IMG/VR virus record: IMGVR_UViG_3300020046_004224
DNA length: 64,000 bases
Source of the DNA: a virus
Taxonomy: Duplodnaviria > Caudoviricetes
Reading direction: 5' to 3' (one strand)
The notes beneath the pieces were generated by a model, which saw only the letters and a list, made by a program, of their open reading frames with translations, was not told the DNA's origin and made no database searches. The position numbers and the translations under genes were made by a program. Shown piece after piece: positions 27,869-38,734 of this stretch. Within the stretch, counting starts at the first letter, position 1; each line of letters opens with the position of its first letter.

Positions 27869-29575
27869 TTATTTTTTAAATAGAAATTCGCGAGAATTGA
27901 CCAATGCCCATATAAGGTCTTTCTCTTCTGTTTTTGTTATTAAATCTTTTTCCTCAAGGGTCGGTAGCCGTGAATATACTGTTAAAAATATATCTTTCTT
28001 ATCAAGATTAGTTATCAAAGATTCCTTACTGTTAACTAGCTCCATAACTGGGGAATTCATCATAACCAATAACTGGGTTATGCTACCACCATTATCACTT
28101 GAGTCTATTAATATTCTGTCTGAGCTTCCATATTCTTTGAGGAATTGCCCAACGAAACTATTCTTGTTCATCACATATGCTGATCGAACTAATTCTATGT
28201 TTTTATATTTTAAAAAGTTGACGCTCATCTCCCTATCATATTTTCGAATATCTTCCATTTTATCAAGAAGAAGCTTACCATTGACATTCACCCAATCTAT
28301 TTCAATAAGATCAGCATATTTTTGAAAAACGACACGGGAATAATTTGTATCTGGCAGTATAAATGTTAATATACTATCCCATAATTGATATGCAGATAAT
28401 CTCTGAACCAAAACAGACTGGTGATTGTAGTTGACCATATTATCGTTGTATGCCACTCTATTATAAAAATCCGAAGAGATTATATGGCGAATTAACTCAC
28501 GCACACTGTAATTATGGGACTCTAAATAATCACCTAGATATTTTACTACTTGACCCTCTTTATGATCGTTTATAATAAAATTTATTTCAGGATTTATAAG
28601 TGGAGCACCTACTATATGTTTCCACATTCTATTAGCTATTGCATATGAGAAATTATCGTGTGTAGTTATCCATTCAGATATAGTGTCTCTTTTATCCTTA
28701 GTAGTGTTTTTAATCTTCCCGTCTAACGATACCGGAACAACTTCTTCAAAAGGCTTCCCATCTTTGTATTTGTAATCATGTGGAAGTTTTATCATCTTCC
28801 CGTCATTATTCTTCAAATTAAATAAATTTGATGCTAGTAGTTGTCTAACACCATTATCTATTCGGTCCTTCTTTGTGATTTCTTTGATTTCTTGATCAAC
28901 TCTTTTCAGAATATCACCGTACTCTTTTCGAGATTCTCTATTGTCAACAGTTGTAAAAAATGCTGCCATTTCAAAGAATTGTCTTTGTGTATAATCTTGG
29001 AAAGGATCGTCATGACACTGTGCGCAGGAAAGGTCTGTAGCAGTGAAAATTTGAAGAGTTGTAGCCAAATTATCGAGGGGTGTACCGTTATCACGTAGAA
29101 TATAACCAGTCGCCCCATTGTCAGAGTATCTACCAGTTGCAGTTAATAGATCATATACAAATTTATTATATGGTTTATCTGTTCGTATAGAATTTCTCAC
29201 ATAGTCCATATATGGATATGATTTTAAAAGACCGACATCATCAGATAATCTCTCTGGACGTATTCTTAGAATATCTGCCCAAAAATTATAAAGGTTATTA
29301 ACATAATCCTCAGAATTGAGAACTTTATCGATAACCTTTTCTTTCTTTGTAGGTGATTTATCTTGAGTGAATTCGTTTATTTCCTTTAGTGTTGGAATTC
29401 TTCCTGCAACATTTAAATATGTTCTACGTATCCATGTATTATCATCTATTTTAGTTGCAACTCCTTTGATGGAATTCTTAGAATAAAATGACTGTAATTC
29501 TTTGTCAAGATCGTTAAATCCGCTTCCTAATATAGGAATTACACATAACAGTAAGGATAACAAAATAGTTTTCAT
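27869..29575 (-). CDS. DUF1549/DUF1553 (PSD1-type) secreted protein
   Basis: signal peptide; IRRTYLNVAGRIPT, DKPYNKFV.DLLTA, CAQCHD, ANRMW, RLSAYQLWDS, WALVNSREF. Confidence 0.88.
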   Translation of the reverse strand: MKTILLSLLLCVIPILGSGFNDLDKELQSFYSKNSIKGVATKIDDNTWIRRTYLNVAGRIPTLKEINEFTQDKSPTKKEKVIDKVLNSEDYVNNLYNFWADILRIRPERLSDDVGLLKSYPYMDYVRNSIRTDKPYNKFVYDLLTATGRYSDNGATGYILRDNGTPLDNLATTLQIFTATDLSCAQCHDDPFQDYTQRQFFEMAAFFTTVDNRESRKEYGDILKRVDQEIKEITKKDRIDNGVRQLLASNLFNLKNNDGKMIKLPHDYKYKDGKPFEEVVPVSLDGKIKNTTKDKRDTISEWITTHDNFSYAIANRMWKHIVGAPLINPEINFIINDHKEGQVVKYLGDYLESHNYSVRELIRHIISSDFYNRVAYNDNMVNYNHQSVLVQRLSAYQLWDSILTFILPDTNYSRVVFQKYADLIEIDWVNVNGKLLLDKMEDIRKYDREMSVNFLKYKNIELVRSAYVMNKNSFVGQFLKEYGSSDRILIDSSDNGGSITQLLVMMNSPVMELVNSKESLITNLDKKDIFLTVYSRLPTLEEKDLITKTEEKDLIWALVNSREFLFKK

Positions 29576-29590
29576 AGTACTGAGATATAC

Positions 29591-30745
29591 TTACCAAAAC
29601 CACGCTTCTTTCAAAATAATTTTATTTTTTCGATCTTTTCCAAAAGAAAACCCAAATAGAGGAATTCCTAATTCTCTAGATATGTTAAATGCCGTGTTTA
29701 GATAATGATCATGTTCTTTGAATGGATCATTATCTAAACAAGAAACAAACAGATAATCCACATTGGTATATTTCAATGCGTGTCGAAGAAGATCATAATC
29801 CAATTTCCCGACTCTAAAATTCTTCTGCCACTCATTGAATTGGTTGTCTTCTCCAACCAACTGAATGCCTTCTACTTCACTCGGAAGTGGTCCATTTCCG
29901 TGTCGAGTCATGTATGAGCGGGTAAGACCCAAACGAACAATGTTCCCATCGTAATTGATTCTTTTCAGGAATTCTTCTGCAAGGGTGGTAGTAGTATCTG
30001 TTGCAGAGACGTGGGGCAGAAATCCACGATCTTTATCAAGTAATGCACCTTGAGCACCCTCAAAAATAACGGTTTCTGAATTGTTGATCAATTCTTTACA
30101 TTGTTCATCATCAACAATTGTGATAAATGCTTCAATATTTTTATATGTTTTAATTAACATCCGGTCTTCGGAACAATCAGTTACAAATAAACCATTCCAA
30201 TTCTCATCGCGAATATAATTATCAAATCCAATATCCTTTCGGATATTAACGATAATATCATAAAGGTATTCATCTAACTCGAACTCAGATGCAATCAAAT
30301 CACCTATTCTGAGCGGTCTATATTTCTGTGAATATTCTACAGTTTTCCACTGTCCTAGACCTACAGAACCATGCTGTTTAACCCTTTCTTCAATTCTATT
30401 TGCATAGATATGGTAAGGGGTTGTTACCAATGCATCCCTATGAACATACACCTTTGGAAAATATCCAAATTTATCTAAAAACTCTCCCATTTCTAGTATA
30501 AGCAGAATCGGATTTACGATTACAGAATCGAGTAACAAGGTATCCGCGCCAGCAAATGAACCAGCCGATAGTTGTCTAAAACAAAAATGTTTATCATCAA
30601 CATGAACATTATGCCCGCATTGCGATCCTCCGTTGTATCGAACAACTAATTTTGAATTGTAAAGATTAGTGAGATGGTCTGTTACACTTCCTTTTCCAGA
30701 ATCCCCGGCAGAGAGGTCCGTCACGATAATTGCTTGTTTAGCCAT
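29591..30745 (-). CDS. purA: adenylosuccinate synthetase-like protein
   Basis: GDSGKG, RYNGGSQCGH, FEGAQGALLD, TRHGNGP; Asp retained in the GD motif. Confidence 0.82.
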   Translation of the reverse strand: MAKQAIIVTDLSAGDSGKGSVTDHLTNLYNSKLVVRYNGGSQCGHNVHVDDKHFCFRQLSAGSFAGADTLLLDSVIVNPILLILEMGEFLDKFGYFPKVYVHRDALVTTPYHIYANRIEERVKQHGSVGLGQWKTVEYSQKYRPLRIGDLIASEFELDEYLYDIIVNIRKDIGFDNYIRDENWNGLFVTDCSEDRMLIKTYKNIEAFITIVDDEQCKELINNSETVIFEGAQGALLDKDRGFLPHVSATDTTTTLAEEFLKRINYDGNIVRLGLTRSYMTRHGNGPLPSEVEGIQLVGEDNQFNEWQKNFRVGKLDYDLLRHALKYTNVDYLFVSCLDNDPFKEHDHYLNTAFNISRELGIPLFGFSFGKDRKNKIILKEAWFW

Positions 30746-30842
30746 GCTAGTACAGTAAAACACCTTGAACAAAAGTCAACGACAATCATTCAAGGTGTTT
30801 ACGTAAAACCGAATATATTATAATTGTTTAATAAAATTCGTT

Positions 30843-31718
30843 TTACAGGATAATATCTGTTGGATTTACAGGCTCAACCTTTCCGATACTCGGAATAGGC
30901 GAAACTGTTCCGACATTGCCACTTGTATGATCAATCACATACTTTGCAACAATATCTGGAATTGTGGTATAATCATCCGTCACAATGAGATGTTCACCTA
31001 GAATATCTCGCAGTGTTGGAATGACTTCCCTAGATTTGTAACCATGATCAATATGAATATGAACAAAGTTCCATTTCTGTGTCAGTTTCTCCAAAATCTG
31101 ATTAGTTGTCAAGGATGCTTCCTCATTAGTATCAGAATATGTTGAATTCAAGAATGAATTCGGAATAACATCATGGATATTTTCATCACCAAAGGTGAAG
31201 ATGAATCCTTTTTTCTGACGTTTTTCCCATGCATCCGTAACTACGAAACGATTCGCAAAGTCCCATACAAGACTATAACTTTCGCCACCATTGCCGCCAC
31301 CGTTACCTTCGATATATGTCCGAGTAAGCCACATATCCAATTCTGCATCACCTGATTCAAATTGTCCTACTTGAATAGGGAATCTGTCGGATTTATGATC
31401 TCCAACCGCAAGGAAAAGCAGTGCTGCATCAGGAACACCTCCAGTAATAATTGAACTCATCAATTTGGGAAGTCCGGTCTGAACAAGGTTATGAGGGATT
31501 TTTCCCATGGAACCTGTTACATCCATACCCAAAATAATTGGCACGGTATTAGGATGCGTTGGCGAATCTCGACATTCGCGCAACTTGACCGTTTTAGGAT
31601 TCATAGATTCATGAATCATCCTCTGTCTCTGTTGCTCAAAAGTATCTTCAAAAGACTTTGAGCAAAATGCTGCTGTGCTTGCTGCTCGCGCAGTGAAATC
31701 GTATGATGTGTTTCCCAT
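30843..31718 (-). CDS. vWA domain protein
   Basis: DVTGSM MIDAS, GQFES, GGGNGGESY, FTFGDE. Confidence 0.8.
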   Translation of the reverse strand: MGNTSYDFTARAASTAAFCSKSFEDTFEQQRQRMIHESMNPKTVKLRECRDSPTHPNTVPIILGMDVTGSMGKIPHNLVQTGLPKLMSSIITGGVPDAALLFLAVGDHKSDRFPIQVGQFESGDAELDMWLTRTYIEGNGGGNGGESYSLVWDFANRFVVTDAWEKRQKKGFIFTFGDENIHDVIPNSFLNSTYSDTNEEASLTTNQILEKLTQKWNFVHIHIDHGYKSREVIPTLRDILGEHLIVTDDYTTIPDIVAKYVIDHTSGNVGTVSPIPSIGKVEPVNPTDIIL

Positions 31719-31724
31719 AATATT

Positions 31725-32084
31725 TTATTCGAAAAGATTTTTGTAACTTGCTTGTGCGACTTCGAGTTGAATCTCAAGATTACGAAGTTTTAGACCAAGC
31801 TCGATATCTTTCGCAACGAATTGATCAGGACTAAAATCGCTTGCAACAATCAAGCTGTTGGCGTCTGTCCTAGAAAGGTCGAGTGTGTTGTTTCGATCAC
31901 GCCGAACTCGTTTAATGTCCTTCTCAAGGTCTTCTACCTTGCGTTTGTACGCCATTTCCGCATCTTCTGCAATGGAAACTGCACGATCATATTTGATCTG
32001 TTTATTGCTGCGTTTAAGGGTATCGAAAAATTTTCCCTTAACATCTGGTTCATTAACATCTGGTTCTGTATTTGTATCACTCAT
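31725..32084 (-). CDS. coiled-coil hypothetical protein
   Basis: 119-aa ORF upstream of the vWA gene. Confidence 0.6.
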   Translation of the reverse strand: MSDTNTEPDVNEPDVKGKFFDTLKRSNKQIKYDRAVSIAEDAEMAYKRKVEDLEKDIKRVRRDRNNTLDLSRTDANSLIVASDFSPDQFVAKDIELGLKLRNLEIQLEVAQASYKNLFE

Positions 32085-32101
32085 AGGCTTCTATTATATC
32101 A

Positions 32102-32446
32102 CTATTGTTTGTCTTTGTCTATCTGTTTTTTATATTTTCTGAACATTTCTGCTACCTCCGCCTTCCCCCATAAACCGAAACATGCTTCTATTTTATGTTT
32201 CCCACGCCACGTTGTAACGCCATAATGGTTTCTCGAAGAATTTTTATATTCATCAGAATCTTCTGATGTATTCCACACTTCATAAGGAATTGTATATTTT
32301 TTCTCATTTATATCATACAAAATAAGGCCAATGACTTTGCTCCAATTAAATTGATAAGGCTCGCCATCGATTACAATAAATCGAAATCCTTTTCGTTTTT
32401 TAAAAAGTGAAGTATCCACTTCATGTCCCATCATTTTAAGAATCAT
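32102..32446 (-). CDS. hypothetical protein
   Basis: ORF in the minus-strand operon. Confidence 0.55.
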   Translation of the reverse strand: MILKMMGHEVDTSLFKKRKGFRFIVIDGEPYQFNWSKVIGLILYDINEKKYTIPYEVWNTSEDSDEYKNSSRNHYGVTTWRGKHKIEACFGLWGKAEVAEMFRKYKKQIDKDKQ

Positions 32447-32660
32447 ATATTATATCTTTAATTATTATTGACGAGCGTGTAATCCTCATCAATATCATAC
32501 ACATCTATCATATATCGTTCAACCTCTTCAATTTGTCCAATGGATAAATGTACTTCAACTTCATCATAACAACACCCCTTAGAACACATTTGCATCTTTT
32601 TAATCATCATAGGCTTTAATGCCTTGATGGTTAAATCATCATATATAGATTCATCGCCAA

Positions 32661-33566
32661 TCATAGTTTCTGACTCAGGTTAAACAATAATGCACTGAAA
32701 TTGATTTCAGTATCAGCAACAAATGCATGTTTGTACATATAATCGGCAATCAGTAGCACTGCAACAGTATTACACTCCTTTACATATAAGTCAAATAGAG
32801 ATTTCATCAATTGATGATAATCGTTGCCGAATTTATCGGAGTTAGAAATAACAAACTTTCTAATTTCAAATGCATCTTCCTTTGCTTTTAGTTTCGTTTT
32901 GACGGATTCTGCAACGCCTGTATCAGTCTTGATCTTATAGATAAATGCACCAGTAGAACAATTTCTCTGCAATTCATTAATAGTTTTTCGAATATCAGGA
33001 AAATAGGTTTTAACCAAAAGACGAATATTTAAAACTTGTTCTTTCTCTACTTTAATACCTTCTGATTTTAAAATAGTAACTACCCTCTCAAGGATTTCTT
33101 TTTCGGTAACGGTGAATGTAAATTCTTGGCATCTCGACCTAATAGCTTCGATGATCTTGGAACGATAATTGCCAGTTAGAATAAATTTAACTTGATCTAG
33201 ATATTCTTCCAAAGTCACTCGCAATGCTTGTTGAAAAACTGTGCTTGCTCCATCTACTTCGTTGAGGATGACCACTTTAGGATTATCATCGATGCTTGCA
33301 ATTTCGATATATCCTTGAATTTTCTCTCTTAATACATCAATGGTACCCTGTTCGGATGCATTGATGATCATATAAGAATGCGGGGAAAACTTATCAGCAA
33401 GAATTTTTGCCATTGAGCTTTTTCCCGTGCCTGGACTTCCTGTAAAAAGGAGATTATTAGGTATTTCTTTTAAATTTAGGAAAAAGTTTTTATCTTCCTC
33501 ATTTAAAAGAACATCTTCTATTGTTTTCGGACTATATTTCATAGTCCATACTTGATTAATTGTCAT
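32661..33566 (-). CDS. sliding clamp loader subunit (T4 gp44/RFC-like)
   Basis: WTMKYSP, GSPGTGKS, INAS, NEVD, SRC, FPDIRKTINELQ. Confidence 0.92.
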   Translation of the reverse strand: MTINQVWTMKYSPKTIEDVLLNEEDKNFFLNLKEIPNNLLFTGSPGTGKSSMAKILADKFSPHSYMIINASEQGTIDVLREKIQGYIEIASIDDNPKVVILNEVDGASTVFQQALRVTLEEYLDQVKFILTGNYRSKIIEAIRSRCQEFTFTVTEKEILERVVTILKSEGIKVEKEQVLNIRLLVKTYFPDIRKTINELQRNCSTGAFIYKIKTDTGVAESVKTKLKAKEDAFEIRKFVISNSDKFGNDYHQLMKSLFDLYVKECNTVAVLLIADYMYKHAFVADTEINFSALLFNLSQKL

Positions 33567-34498
33567 TATTTTTTTATTTTAAGTGTGAATGGAACGCCTC
33601 CAACGATTTCGACTTTACCTTTTATCTGTTGGAAAAATTCTTTAAACACTCTTTTATGTTCATCGCTCATCGGTGGTGATGGCGGAGCAATTAAAGGAAT
33701 GCTATCAATTTGTAGATATGGTATTCCTTCTTTTGTAAGATTCCAGTACATATCAATAACATTTAGCATTCAGGGTTCCCCATATGAATAGATGGACTCC
33801 GCCAACTATCAGTACGCCTTGCGCACCAAAGGATATGTATATCCCTAGATATACCATGCATTTTGCTATTTCTTTATAATGTTTCTTTATTGTATCTAAC
33901 ATAAGTGTAATCTCCGATTCTAAATGGTTTACCGTCTTGGGTATGAACTGCAAACATTGCAATATCCGTTTCCAATGTCTCTAATGCCGTCCACAATGCA
34001 TTTAATGATTTTAATTCTTGCGGACTGCATTTTTTCGCAATTTCAATACAATCTTTCGCAAGAGTTTTTACATCCTCGAAAGATGTAAGATTAGCCGTTA
34101 ATGAGGGATTGACCATTATATTGTAAAATAGGTGAAGGATTTTGTTCGTTGACCTGAATACCTTGTAGAGTTGACAGAAGATTTATCACTTGACCCACTT
34201 TATCGGCAGGAATTGCGAATGTTTGATACCCGACTGTGATGTTAATACGATTAGAGCTTATAAGATTTGCCATGTAGTATTATAGTGGAGTGCCTAATCT
34301 AATTCAAGGATGTTCTGTAACAAAAAGAAAAATCACGCTTTAGTGTATAATTTCTTAAACTCTTCGACTGACATATAATATTCCTTCTTTTTATCTTCGT
34401 GATATGCAGTAACAGTCGGAGTGTTCTCATATGTGAATACTGTATATTTTCCACTTCGAGATGAATCGCTGGCACAAATCAAATTGCGTTCAAATGCT

Positions 34499-34843
34499 TT
34501 AAAGTCCGTCATCAAAGAGGTCATATTTTTCAATTAGTTCAGGATTTTCAAATATATTTCCGATAATTCTAAGAGGTCTAATCTGGTCATAGAAACTATA
34601 CCCGCTTTCTCTTAAAACAAAAGCCCCATTATTACTAAAGTCGATAATATCTATAATCTGGTTCTTATGGCACAGCGTTTGTGTCTCAATTATATCTCCT
34701 TTATAAATATCTTTTTTATTTTGGTCAACCATTCCCGTCCACTGGTGTATGATGTACTCAGGATCGTCAAAATTTATAAAACAGTTCCAGGGAATAAATT
34801 TTAAAAGCTTCGTGTCCCATACACGGAATTTGAAATTGTTCAT
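34499..34843 (-). CDS. YopX family protein
   Basis: KFRVWD, QWTG..D.NKKDIYKGDI, IGNIFENPEL. Confidence 0.85.
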   Translation of the reverse strand: MNNFKFRVWDTKLLKFIPWNCFINFDDPEYIIHQWTGMVDQNKKDIYKGDIIETQTLCHKNQIIDIIDFSNNGAFVLRESGYSFYDQIRPLRIIGNIFENPELIEKYDLFDDGL

Positions 34844-35158
34844 AATGTATGATAAGCTAAAATCTTAACATGTCAATTAAAACATCAAAAATTGAAAAAT
34901 ATGGATTCTATGCATATATAAAGGGATTGGAAAAAGGTCTTGGGCTTGTTGTTCTAGGAATAGATACTGATGTATCGGGTGTAAAACTTCATATAGGTAA
35001 GATAGAGCGATTTTCAATGAAGAAGACCGAATTTGAGCGCCTGCTTAATTACGACATAATAGAATTTGTAGATATTGTTCCTAAGTTCGTATGGAAAGAG
35101 TACAAAAAGACATATGATAAATGATTTGACTATGGCTCCTTGACGCTTATACTATCTC

Positions 35159-36079
35159 ATGCAATATGACAAACTTATTATAGATGGTAACAACTTTCTA
35201 TTTCGGGCTTTCTTTACAAAAAGACCCAACAAATATATTAACGGAATAAATGCAACGCCTATTCATCAGTTTATGAATATGATAAAATCGGTTGTTGGCA
35301 AGTTCCGTCCTAAAGAAATATATCTAACATGGGATAAAAAACTAAACTCGACCAAACCGAATTTTAGAAAAACTCTTGTTCCATATAAAGAACAGAGAAT
35401 TGAAAGTGATGCAATGCATGAACTGTTTGAGACTATTCCATATATTCAAGAATTTATGGATGCACTCGGAGTTAAAACGATCTATCCTGTCAACATGGAA
35501 GCGGATGATGTTATTCGATTTTTATCCATAGGTTATCTAAAAAGCACCATTATTGTGTCATCTGATAATGATCTTCTCCAGCTTATCACCGACGATGTTC
35601 ATCTATATCTTCCTACGAAAGATGTTATTGTAACATTGGAAAATTTCGAAGAGGTTGTAACTGTCAAGCCTGAATTGTTTATTCTATACAAAGCTATTTT
35701 AGGAGACAAATCAGATAATATCGAAGGTATATCTGGTTATGGTCCAGTTAAATCTAAAATTCTTGCACAAGAAATATACGATGACCACGAAATGGGCGAC
35801 GAAGACCCTTTGGATAAATATCCACAAGAAATTTTTGCTAAAATTGATCTCAATAAACGTGTCATGGATTTGAGTCGCACAGAATCGGAACAACCAGAGG
35901 AGTATGAATTTTATAAAGATCAGGCACGCAACTTTAATACTGAGTTCAATTCTGATAAGCTTCATGAACTATTTGAAAATCTTGAAATGATTCAGTTTTT
36001 AAAGAATTTTGGTGAATGGAATAGATTGTTTAATCCTGATTATGATAATAGTGATTTACTTTTACAAATTTGTATGTAA
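35159..36079 (+). CDS. 5'-3' exonuclease / T4 RNase H-like flap nuclease
   Basis: IIDGNN, EADDVI, SSDNDLLQL, GDKSDNI.G..GYGP. Confidence 0.92.
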   Translation: MQYDKLIIDGNNFLFRAFFTKRPNKYINGINATPIHQFMNMIKSVVGKFRPKEIYLTWDKKLNSTKPNFRKTLVPYKEQRIESDAMHELFETIPYIQEFMDALGVKTIYPVNMEADDVIRFLSIGYLKSTIIVSSDNDLLQLITDDVHLYLPTKDVIVTLENFEEVVTVKPELFILYKAILGDKSDNIEGISGYGPVKSKILAQEIYDDHEMGDEDPLDKYPQEIFAKIDLNKRVMDLSRTESEQPEEYEFYKDQARNFNTEFNSDKLHELFENLEMIQFLKNFGEWNRLFNPDYDNSDLLLQICM

Positions 36080-36092
36080 ATAAAACATATAT

Positions 36093-36281
36093 ATGCAATT
36101 GCTACAAAATACCCCTATTACATGTCGATCATGTCAAAATCCTACAATGGGCCGTGAGACTCCAGTGAGAAAATCAGATGGTTCATTAGTTATGGAATGT
36201 GATTGGCGCTGCCAGAGATGTGGAACATACCTCAAACATGGCATAACCAGAATCATCGAATCGGCTCCCCAAAAGAAATAA
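36093..36281 (+). CDS. zinc-ribbon small protein
   Basis: two CxxC pairs. Confidence 0.6.
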   Translation: MQLLQNTPITCRSCQNPTMGRETPVRKSDGSLVMECDWRCQRCGTYLKHGITRIIESAPQKK

Positions 36282-36679
36282 TGAAAACAAGTAAAAAGAT
36301 TCTATATATATGTTTATCTTTATTGATAACCGCTACAATAAGTGGGGGTCTATCATTAGGGGTCGAACTATTTCTTGCACTCTCGTTCTGGAAAAGTTTC
36401 TTTTTCTTCTCAACAGCACAATTAGTAATTCCCTTTCTATGGTCGAAATATTATGAAACAGCTAATTTACTTGCATATGCAAAAGAATATGCAAGTAAAC
36501 CATTTAAGGAATATCGAATCGGACTTAACTGTGCCCATTGTGGACACAACAACAAAGTCGAAGTTAATCTAGTTGATACAGAATTTAAATGCACCAACTG
36601 TGGAAAGGACAACGGTATTCATGTAGAATTTATGACTGCCGCTATTACCGAACCTATTGGTGATACAAATTTTCTATGA
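36281..36679 (+). CDS. membrane protein with C-terminal zinc ribbon
   Basis: two TM helices, CAHC and CTNC. Confidence 0.6.
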   Translation: MKTSKKILYICLSLLITATISGGLSLGVELFLALSFWKSFFFFSTAQLVIPFLWSKYYETANLLAYAKEYASKPFKEYRIGLNCAHCGHNNKVEVNLVDTEFKCTNCGKDNGIHVEFMTAAITEPIGDTNFL

Positions 36680-37122
36680 GTTTAATTAAGCCTGATATGG
36701 ATTATGATCCGACTAAGCGTATGGATATGTATATCCCTGGAAAATCCCAGACAATAATGCCGGAAAAACTAGAAAAAATTCCAACCACATCAAAAGAGGA
36801 ATTTCACCAGAGTCTTCAATTATTCATGAATAATTTCGAAGATATGGATTTTATCCGATTCTATAATCTATCCAAGATAACCTTTAAAACAAGTATAAAT
36901 GTCCAAGATAGTGTCTCGTTTTTCGAGAAATTCTCAACATTATATGTCGGAGCACTGAAAAAGAACTTTCCGACTAAAGACTTAGAACAAGTAGAAAAAT
37001 CTTTATATATTATAAAAACACATCTTGCAGAAATACTTAAACATGATAATGTTGAGAACAAATTTTTGTTGCCTATGTTGATAGGCATGACAGAAGGAAT
37101 ATTAAATGATGAAAACTATTAA
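36676..37122 (+). CDS. hypothetical protein
   Basis: coupled ORF. Confidence 0.55.
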   Translation: MSLIKPDMDYDPTKRMDMYIPGKSQTIMPEKLEKIPTTSKEEFHQSLQLFMNNFEDMDFIRFYNLSKITFKTSINVQDSVSFFEKFSTLYVGALKKNFPTKDLEQVEKSLYIIKTHLAEILKHDNVENKFLLPMLIGMTEGILNDENY

Positions 37123-37660
37123 GAAATTAGCAAAAGAATATTATAAACCCGACAATGATACTGTGGATTGGTCTAAGCTCGTAGGAAAAACATGCGTAGT
37201 TGAGGTATACAACCGGCCAAATAACACACGGCTTATCAAAGAATTATATATTATAGATTTCGAAGAGACTAATAATATTATAAAATTTAAATACGATAGC
37301 GATAAAGATTCACAATGGTTAGGGCTTGATAGTTATACGGATGTCAACTTTAGACTTATTTTTGTGTTTGAACCTATAAAACCCGAGGAACCGAAAAACT
37401 ATAAAGATTTATCACTGATTCTCGAAGAGGCCAAAAAGAATAATGAATATATTCCACCGAAAAATCCTCTAAGACCGGTATATCCATACAACCCAGGATG
37501 GGATTATCCTGTTAATCCTCCGTCATGGCTGAAACCGAATAATCCACTTCAACCATATTGTTTAGAGAACGATATGTTTAGAGTGCATGATCCGATATAC
37601 TCCCATCAAAAGGAATACGATGATCATGAACCTTGGACTTGCCACGATCTACAAAATTAA
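37106..37660 (+). CDS. hypothetical protein with Pro-rich tail
   Basis: coupled ORF. Confidence 0.55.
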   Translation: MMKTIKKLAKEYYKPDNDTVDWSKLVGKTCVVEVYNRPNNTRLIKELYIIDFEETNNIIKFKYDSDKDSQWLGLDSYTDVNFRLIFVFEPIKPEEPKNYKDLSLILEEAKKNNEYIPPKNPLRPVYPYNPGWDYPVNPPSWLKPNNPLQPYCLENDMFRVHDPIYSHQKEYDDHEPWTCHDLQN

Positions 37661-37665
37661 TTTAA

Positions 37666-38205
37666 ATGGAAAATATAAACACATTCATCTTGCCGGAAAT
37701 TAAAAAACCGGAAAAACCAAAAAAAGAACCTAAGAAAATTCTTGATACTAAAGAACGTTTGACACGAACCAATCGAGAGGTTACGTGTGCATACTGCAAC
37801 GACTTGAAAATTCTTAATCCAGATCAATATCAACTTTTATATGATATTCATGGGTCAGATGAAAAGATTGCAGATGAATATATGTGCAAACCTTGTGAAA
37901 TGAAATCTAAGAATAATCCAGTAGAATTCTGGATAACACATGGAGAACTTTTACAAAATCTTTCTAAAGACCTGAAAGATATGTTTGATGCATTCAACGG
38001 GTCGTTTAAGACTCAGCAAGACCTGACAGTATTACAAAGTATTGTGACAGGAAAATTAAAGGAGTCTAAAATAGTATCTTTTAATATACTTCTTTCCCGT
38101 GACAACCTCGCCAAAGGTGTCCAAATAAAAGATTTCCCGTTTGTGGGAACAATAAATCTAAAAATATATGAACAAAGAAAAAATCGGATCGAAGTTATCA
38201 GATAA
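37666..38205 (+). CDS. zinc-finger hypothetical protein
   Basis: CAYC...CKPC. Confidence 0.55.
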   Translation: MENINTFILPEIKKPEKPKKEPKKILDTKERLTRTNREVTCAYCNDLKILNPDQYQLLYDIHGSDEKIADEYMCKPCEMKSKNNPVEFWITHGELLQNLSKDLKDMFDAFNGSFKTQQDLTVLQSIVTGKLKESKIVSFNILLSRDNLAKGVQIKDFPFVGTINLKIYEQRKNRIEVIR

Positions 38206-38666
38206 ATATAAAATTAAACCCGCATCAGAAATGTCCTTAGAGGAGGAGGCAAAATGGGTAGCATTATGTAATGCATTGAAATTTATCAATACAACTAGTC
38301 AATTAACAGGAATGGTGGTAGAAGAAAAGGATATTTCACACGGAGATTTACTAACTTATATTAATAATGTAAGCGGTGATATAAAAACCTGCGTTGAGCA
38401 GATGGGCGGAATACCTTTTAAATATTCTCTACGAGGTGGAACAGAAGAATCAAAAAATACAGAAGAACTAACATACGAATTTTTAGCATGAAGAAATATT
38501 TTCTATTAATAGCTGGGGATGACTACTATCCTGCAAATGGTACGTATGACTGGCAAGGATGTTATGAAACATATGATGCTGCTTATGATGCTTATTTAAA
38601 ATTGGATAGATGCTATGATTGGCATAATATAGTCGATCTACGAGAGTGGATGAACAAAAAAATCTT

Positions 38667-38700
38667 AAAAATCCCAGGTGAAAACCTGGGATTTTTTGTT
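38667..38700 (+). terminator. intrinsic terminator
   Basis: AAAATCCCAGGT-gaaa-ACCTGGGATTTTTT. Confidence 0.7.
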
Positions 38701-38734
38701 TCTGTAAAAAATGTTTTTGATGATAAATAATTAC

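Noticed and set aside
29591-30745. PurZ (Z-genome) enzyme
   Set aside because: It keeps the PurA-type Asp (GD) rather than the PurZ Ser, and no dATPase/MazZ neighbours were recognised
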